In this document: piece by piece, positions 58,968 through 64,000 of the stretch
How the letters are laid out: each line of letters starts with the position of its first letter
Position numbering within the stretch: the stretch's first letter is position 1
IMG/VR virus record: IMGVR_UViG_3300042934_000547
Span: 167,976-231,975 of that record
Direction: 5' to 3' (one strand)
DNA: 64,000 bases
Notes under the pieces: generated by a model
Told to the model about the DNA's origin: nothing
The model's database searches: none
The model's input: only the letters and a program-made list of their open reading frames with translations
Translations under genes and position numbers: made by a program

Positions 58968-59402
58968 ATGAGAGAGGAATTTAAAATGAGAAAATTTAAT
59001 GCATGGGTTTTACTGGATTGTATATTCGTCCTATGTCTGTTATCAGCTGTTGTAACTGGGTGTACCCAAAGACAATCAGATAAGGTATCTTATAATCTAT
59101 CTCTTGAAGCAGATAATTTTAACGTAATACGACAATTGACATTTATCAATATCCGTACAGATGATATATTATTCCAAATGACTGGAAATTTATCTATTAA
59201 AACCGATAATGGTGATGGTCAATTAGAAATTGTTGTCAAAGATGGTGAAACGTATCGTAAACATTTCATTCGATTAAATGAATGGGTTACATATGTTGTA
59301 GAGGATGTTACCGTGTATGGAACAGATGTTAATAATTATAAATACACTCTAAACTATAATCCGAAGATGTGGGTTCCATTGGAATTAAAAACAATTGAAT
59401 AA
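58968..59402 (+). CDS. Putative lipoprotein
   Basis: Signal peptide with lipobox VTGC; SYNLSLEADNFNVIRQLTFIN domain typical of Firmicute phages. Confidence 0.7.
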   Translation: MREEFKMRKFNAWVLLDCIFVLCLLSAVVTGCTQRQSDKVSYNLSLEADNFNVIRQLTFINIRTDDILFQMTGNLSIKTDNGDGQLEIVVKDGETYRKHFIRLNEWVTYVVEDVTVYGTDVNNYKYTLNYNPKMWVPLELKTIE

Positions 59403-59434
59403 ACTAAAAAATATAAAATAAAAGGAGAAAACAA

Positions 59435-60154
59435 ATGGCTTTAGGACAAAATACAAACAATAATAAGGATAAGGATATTGTAAATATCTGGTCAAGAATT
59501 TCGTTTATCAATCAGGAAGACACATATGATCCATCTAGATTGAGTTATTCATTCTGGGGTGGTAATATGAAATTGACTATTGCACCGAAAAAAGATGGCG
59601 ATGCTATGGGTTATGATAATGATACTGCACTTAGCATATTCATATCACCAAGAATGGCTAAAAATTTAGCAGAGGAAATTCAATTATTCATAAAAGACCC
59701 AATGAAGTATAACAATGTCGGTATTGCAACTAAGAAAGGTATAATCCTTGTTTCTAACGGAATGGTTGAAACTGGTAAATTTACACCAATGGTAAAAATC
59801 TCAACACTGAATGATAAATTGATACCAGAGGTTACTTTTGCACATGCATTCCAAAGCACATTCAGTATCAGAAATTATGATGCTAAAACAGGTGATTTTG
59901 AAAAAATAGATAAAGATTTATTATCACTCGGTATGTTGTATGATGCATTAACTGAATTTACTAATGCTTCTTCTGCGGCATATGCATATGTGAACTTAGA
60001 TAAGTTTATCAATGGTGGCTATGCTAATAAACTTGGTAAAGATTCATCTTCTTCATACGGTAGTGATAAGAATGTGTATTCACAGTTTGACAACAAACAA
60101 CCGTCAGGTAATTCAACCACCTATACTTCTGGTGATTTAGAGAACTTATTATAG
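59435..60154 (+). CDS. Hypothetical protein, possible ssDNA-binding protein
   Basis: Two beta-strand plus helix units and a disordered S/D-rich tail. Confidence 0.4.
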   Translation: MALGQNTNNNKDKDIVNIWSRISFINQEDTYDPSRLSYSFWGGNMKLTIAPKKDGDAMGYDNDTALSIFISPRMAKNLAEEIQLFIKDPMKYNNVGIATKKGIILVSNGMVETGKFTPMVKISTLNDKLIPEVTFAHAFQSTFSIRNYDAKTGDFEKIDKDLLSLGMLYDALTEFTNASSAAYAYVNLDKFINGGYANKLGKDSSSSYGSDKNVYSQFDNKQPSGNSTTYTSGDLENLL

Positions 60155-60204
60155 GATGTAGCAATACATCCTTTTTGTTTTTCTTATAGAGAGGAAGTGA
60201 AATA

Positions 60205-60864
60205 ATGATTACTGATAAAAACAATCCTTCTAATATGCATAATCGAGTTGAGAGATTATTAATCCCATTTGATTTAATTTGTGACATAGATTTAGGATGT
60301 ATCAGGTATTTAAAGACTGACGCATTTGTACATGCTTCAATTCAGAAAGATAAAGATGAAGATTTATATTACACTGAAGATAATATAAATCCAATTAAAT
60401 TTATGATACCTGAATTTGACATAAAAGATGCAGTAGCTATGTTTAGCGAAATGTGTAACACTCGTAATGATTTAATTGCCATGATGACTTTTGGCGGTCC
60501 AATGCAATTATCTAAATTACTGCAAAGATATATATCAATGGACGATGTTAAGGTACAAGTTGATATTTTAGTTGATAATGTTATTGAAGAAGAATATATT
60601 GAAAAGAATTATAACTCACCAAAAATTCAATCTGTATATTTTGGAGAGATGGTTGTTTCTGATTATGATAATATCTTCATAAAATATCATGAGGAATTAA
60701 CGACATTCTACGATGTTGATGATTTACGGGGAAAGAATATCACATTTCTAGGTTCAGCACATAATCTTACTATAGATGAATTAATTCATACTATATTTGA
60801 AAACAATTTGATTACATCAAGAATGATGGCATATGAAAAAATGGAGGCTCCAATAAATGAATGA
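60205..60864 (+). CDS. Hypothetical protein
   Basis: 219 aa in operon with the chaperonin. Confidence 0.55.
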   Translation: MITDKNNPSNMHNRVERLLIPFDLICDIDLGCIRYLKTDAFVHASIQKDKDEDLYYTEDNINPIKFMIPEFDIKDAVAMFSEMCNTRNDLIAMMTFGGPMQLSKLLQRYISMDDVKVQVDILVDNVIEEEYIEKNYNSPKIQSVYFGEMVVSDYDNIFIKYHEELTTFYDVDDLRGKNITFLGSAHNLTIDELIHTIFENNLITSRMMAYEKMEAPINE

Positions 60865-62818
60865 ATTTCAAACACAGATGTCTAATATAGTTGGAAGTGG
60901 TGCTTTAAGAAAAATTCAACACCACACACTTAAACAATGCAGCGATGCAATTGAAAAAAGCTATGGTCCTAAAGGCTCAAATAGTACAATAATAACTGAG
61001 GTTGGTAAAACATCAAATGGATTACCAATGGCTGTTACAAAATACACAAAAGATGGTCATACAATCCTTGAACACCTTAACTTTATAGGGGTTATGGAGA
61101 GATGTATAAAAGAGTCATTGTATGATATGACTCATTCAATAGCTCACAGTGTTGGAGACGGTACATCAACGACTGTTATAATGGCTTACATAGTATTTGA
61201 AGCTCTTACAAAATACATGGATGAACATCCGGAAATTAACCCTTCAGATTTATCTGAGCACTTCGATGATGCTGTTCAGGAGATATGTGAAGAAATTCTT
61301 AAACATAAGAAAGAATTCACATTAGAAGATGTAAGAGATATTTGCACAATCTCTTCCAACAACAATAAGAAAATTGTTGAGGAGATTTATAATATATATG
61401 AGAAGTATGGACTTGATACGAAAATATCATTAAATACTTCTCCTTCTCAAGAATCTTTTGTTAAAGGTAACAGAGGTATCACATTGCGATCTTCTTATGC
61501 AGATTCATCGTTTGTTAATACTCATGATGGTAAATGTGAAATTCAGAATCCGAGAATCTACGTATTCAAAGATCCTATCTATAATGATAGACTTGCTGAT
61601 ATATTCAGTGCAATTATTGAAACAAACGTAATACAATGGGTTGAAAAAGCTCAGGCTGAACGTAATCAGAAGTATTTTGCAAATATCATCCCTACTGTAA
61701 TATTAACACCAGAAATCAGTGTTGATTTAAGTGGATATATGCAGAAGATTTGTACATTACAAGGTTCATTACCATTGGATGGTAAATTCCCTATATCTAT
61801 TGTTTCTAACATTAGTAGAGATGACATTCTTGATGATGTATGTAAACTTACTGGAGCTAAAGGTATAAAAAGATATATATCTGAAGAAATGATGGAACTT
61901 GAATCAAAAGCTGGTGTTGCTGTTACTATGGAAAATCTTGGTGATGCTCATGGTACTGCAAGAATGGTTGTTTCAGATGCACTTAATACCGTTATTGTTG
62001 AACCAAGCAATCTATACGTTAACTATCACGCAGAAATAGATAAGCATATAGAAGAGTTAGGACGTATTAGTAAGTTTGGCGATTCTCTGGATATCAATAA
62101 TTCAGAAGAACTTAAGGAATTCATGATTACACAACTCGGTATAGATCCAGAAACTGTAAAGAGTGTGAGTGATGACGTTATGAATCTGATTGGCATATAT
62201 AAAGAGGTAAAAGCGATTGAAGCTAAGATTAAATCCGGCGAAAAAGAATTCTCTATGGAAGCTAAGGCACTGATTGCATTCTTAGAAAATAAGATGGAAG
62301 CTTATCGTAGAGAAAATCAAATTACTTCTTATCATAGGATTAAAGACAGACTCCATGGTATTCTTGGTAATTTAGTTGAATATTATGTTGGTGGTATGTC
62401 TATATCAGATAGGGAGCAGACTAAGTATACTGTAGAAGACTGTATCTTGTCATGTCGTTCAGCATTCGAAAACGGTGTAGGTAGAGCATCAAACGTTGAA
62501 GGGATGATGGCAGCATATAAATTGCAAGCTAAATCTGATATGCATAAGATTATACTTGAAGCATATAAGACATGTACGCTGAAACTTTATCAAACTGCGG
62601 TACCTGAAAAAACAGCTGAACTATGGTTAATTTCAGTTCTAGCAAGCGGATTTCCTGTTGATATAAGAACTGGTAAACCATCTGACAAGGTTAAGAGTAG
62701 CATTATGTCTGATGTAAGTATTCTAAATACTTTATCTAAGATATTGACTCTTATGGTTACCACAAATCAGCTTATAGTCCCTGATCCTATCATGAACCAA
62801 TATAAAAATATTCAATAG
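60857..62818 (+). CDS. Phage GroEL-like chaperonin
   Basis: SYGPKG, TKDGHTI, VGDGTSTT, YYVGG, VEDCILSCRSAFENGV. Confidence 0.92.
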   Translation: MNEFQTQMSNIVGSGALRKIQHHTLKQCSDAIEKSYGPKGSNSTIITEVGKTSNGLPMAVTKYTKDGHTILEHLNFIGVMERCIKESLYDMTHSIAHSVGDGTSTTVIMAYIVFEALTKYMDEHPEINPSDLSEHFDDAVQEICEEILKHKKEFTLEDVRDICTISSNNNKKIVEEIYNIYEKYGLDTKISLNTSPSQESFVKGNRGITLRSSYADSSFVNTHDGKCEIQNPRIYVFKDPIYNDRLADIFSAIIETNVIQWVEKAQAERNQKYFANIIPTVILTPEISVDLSGYMQKICTLQGSLPLDGKFPISIVSNISRDDILDDVCKLTGAKGIKRYISEEMMELESKAGVAVTMENLGDAHGTARMVVSDALNTVIVEPSNLYVNYHAEIDKHIEELGRISKFGDSLDINNSEELKEFMITQLGIDPETVKSVSDDVMNLIGIYKEVKAIEAKIKSGEKEFSMEAKALIAFLENKMEAYRRENQITSYHRIKDRLHGILGNLVEYYVGGMSISDREQTKYTVEDCILSCRSAFENGVGRASNVEGMMAAYKLQAKSDMHKIILEAYKTCTLKLYQTAVPEKTAELWLISVLASGFPVDIRTGKPSDKVKSSIMSDVSILNTLSKILTLMVTTNQLIVPDPIMNQYKNIQ

Positions 62819-62892
62819 TTAACTATATAATATGTGGGTAGGTTGTTAAATCCTACCCACAAATACTATTTATCGATGTAGGGGATAGATAT

Positions 62893-63642
62893 ATGAAATT
62901 AAAAGATTACATAGAAAACCCACTCGGGGGAAGAATTACCACACATAGGGATTTTTACGATAACTTATATCGTGGAAAATTCAAAAATTTACTCGTTAGG
63001 GTAAATAACAAAATCGATTACAAATTGTATTTCACTAATAAAACATATATTATACACATAAAAATGCCAAGTGAAAATGTCGACGGAATATTATACGATA
63101 TTGTAATTGAATTATACCCTACTGAAAATCATGTGAGTATAACCGATGCTCTAGAAAACTATGATTTTAGATTTTTTTCAAATGACCCTTGGTTTAATTA
63201 TGTATACGCACATGTCTTTAAAGAGAAAAATATGCTTGTAAAAGATTTGGAATCAAAATTTAGTAAAGAAGTATTCAGACAAGCTCCCGACACCACTAAT
63301 CCAAATCATCAAACCGGTTACATAAAATACTTATATTTTGCTTATCTATTAATACAGCAAAAACATATTCTGTCAAAGCAAACTTTCACACTCTACGGAA
63401 AAGCTTATCTAAAAACGTTATTAATCAATGACGTAATACCTGTTGACGAAATGATTGACAAACGTAGAACTATGGGGGAAAAACAGAGACGAAACAATAA
63501 GAAACAAGAAATGAATGCCATAAATCCTCAGAATAAAAACTTTATGACTAAAACTATAGATAGCGTTAAATCTATAAATACCGTTAAATCAAATCATACA
63601 ATTGGTAAAACAGGTGCAATTAAAAAATCAAAAAGAATATAA
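62893..63642 (+). CDS. Hypothetical protein with basic tail
   Basis: 249 aa ORF. Confidence 0.6.
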   Translation: MKLKDYIENPLGGRITTHRDFYDNLYRGKFKNLLVRVNNKIDYKLYFTNKTYIIHIKMPSENVDGILYDIVIELYPTENHVSITDALENYDFRFFSNDPWFNYVYAHVFKEKNMLVKDLESKFSKEVFRQAPDTTNPNHQTGYIKYLYFAYLLIQQKHILSKQTFTLYGKAYLKTLLINDVIPVDEMIDKRRTMGEKQRRNNKKQEMNAINPQNKNFMTKTIDSVKSINTVKSNHTIGKTGAIKKSKRI

Positions 63643-63709
63643 TAAATATATATTATATTCATGATATAATGAGAAAGAGTGCAATAAAAGAGGGAGGATA
63701 AACAACAAC

Positions 63710-64000
63710 ATGGAACAACCGATAAGAAGATTTATTCCATTAATAACTGAACAGTGGGAAGAACCGGGAGACAGAATAGTAAGTTACAATGACAACGCAG
63801 TAATAATGCCGTTCACGACATTATTCCCAGATTTAACCGATGATACATTAAATAAATTTATCACAAAACCAAAACGACTATATCACACTAATAAAGAAGT
63901 TCGTGAGCATATGTGTGGGTGTATTAACTATTTCGAAAAGTATTTTGATAAAGATAAAGAATTAATAATGGTTTATTTCAATATCAAATTACTTATTGAT
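63710..64000 (+). CDS. 5' part of an ORF running off the window (early-type promoter)
   Basis: GGGAGG RBS, MEQPIRRFIP...INYFEKYFDKDKEL...; open to the window end. Confidence 0.7.
   Translation, partial: MEQPIRRFIPLITEQWEEPGDRIVSYNDNAVIMPFTTLFPDLTDDTLNKFITKPKRLYHTNKEVREHMCGCINYFEKYFDKDKELIMVYFNIKLLID

Noticed and set aside
1-64000. Stop-codon reassignment (code 15 or 4), as in some gut jumbo phages
   Set aside because: Long conserved genes are intact in code 11; TAG and TGA end genes at sensible positions, with TAG often directly before a terminator
1-64000. CRISPR array, tRNA/rRNA, integrase, transposase or reverse transcriptase (DGR/retron)
   Set aside because: No regularly spaced repeat-spacer units, cloverleaf/TTCGA arms with acceptor stems, or diagnostic protein motifs were seen

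Overview
A very AT-rich (roughly 28-30% GC by eye), gene-dense segment of a jumbo myovirus genome. It resembles the AR9/PBS1/phiKZ-related phages that carry their own multisubunit RNA polymerases. The host is probably a Firmicute (AGGAGG-type RBSs; GH73 glucosaminidase and SH3b-like tail domains). The standard genetic code fits. The window holds nucleotide and DNA-metabolism genes (RNase H, dUTPase, thymidylate kinase, RusA-like resolvase, FEN/PIN-like, PC4-like and HU-like proteins, DHH phosphoesterase, an ATP-cone pseudo-RNR). It also holds a virion module (paralogous head-protein family, baseplate proteins, a ~3.7-kaa tape measure with C39-like peptidase and glucosaminidase domains, probable major capsid protein), an unsplit RNAP beta subunit, a GroEL-like chaperonin and a Tad1-family anti-defence sponge. 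Two promoter motifs recur in intergenic DNA: TATATATTATA (early-type) and AACA-N6-TA (AR9 late-type). The most unusual signals are: (1) structured, ORF-free units behind AACA-N6-TA promoters at ~50027-50525 (+) and ~9362-9535 (-), both exposing anti-Shine-Dalgarno-like tracts; (2) a purine/pyrimidine-skewed hairpin locus at ~7040-7440 (origin-like or ncRNA); (3) five stand-alone YD/RHS-repeat-like early proteins; (4) GG-FG motifs bracketing the enzymatic domains of the tape measure; (5) a degenerate RNR mimic. All assignments come from motif recognition by eye; no database searches or folding programs were run.
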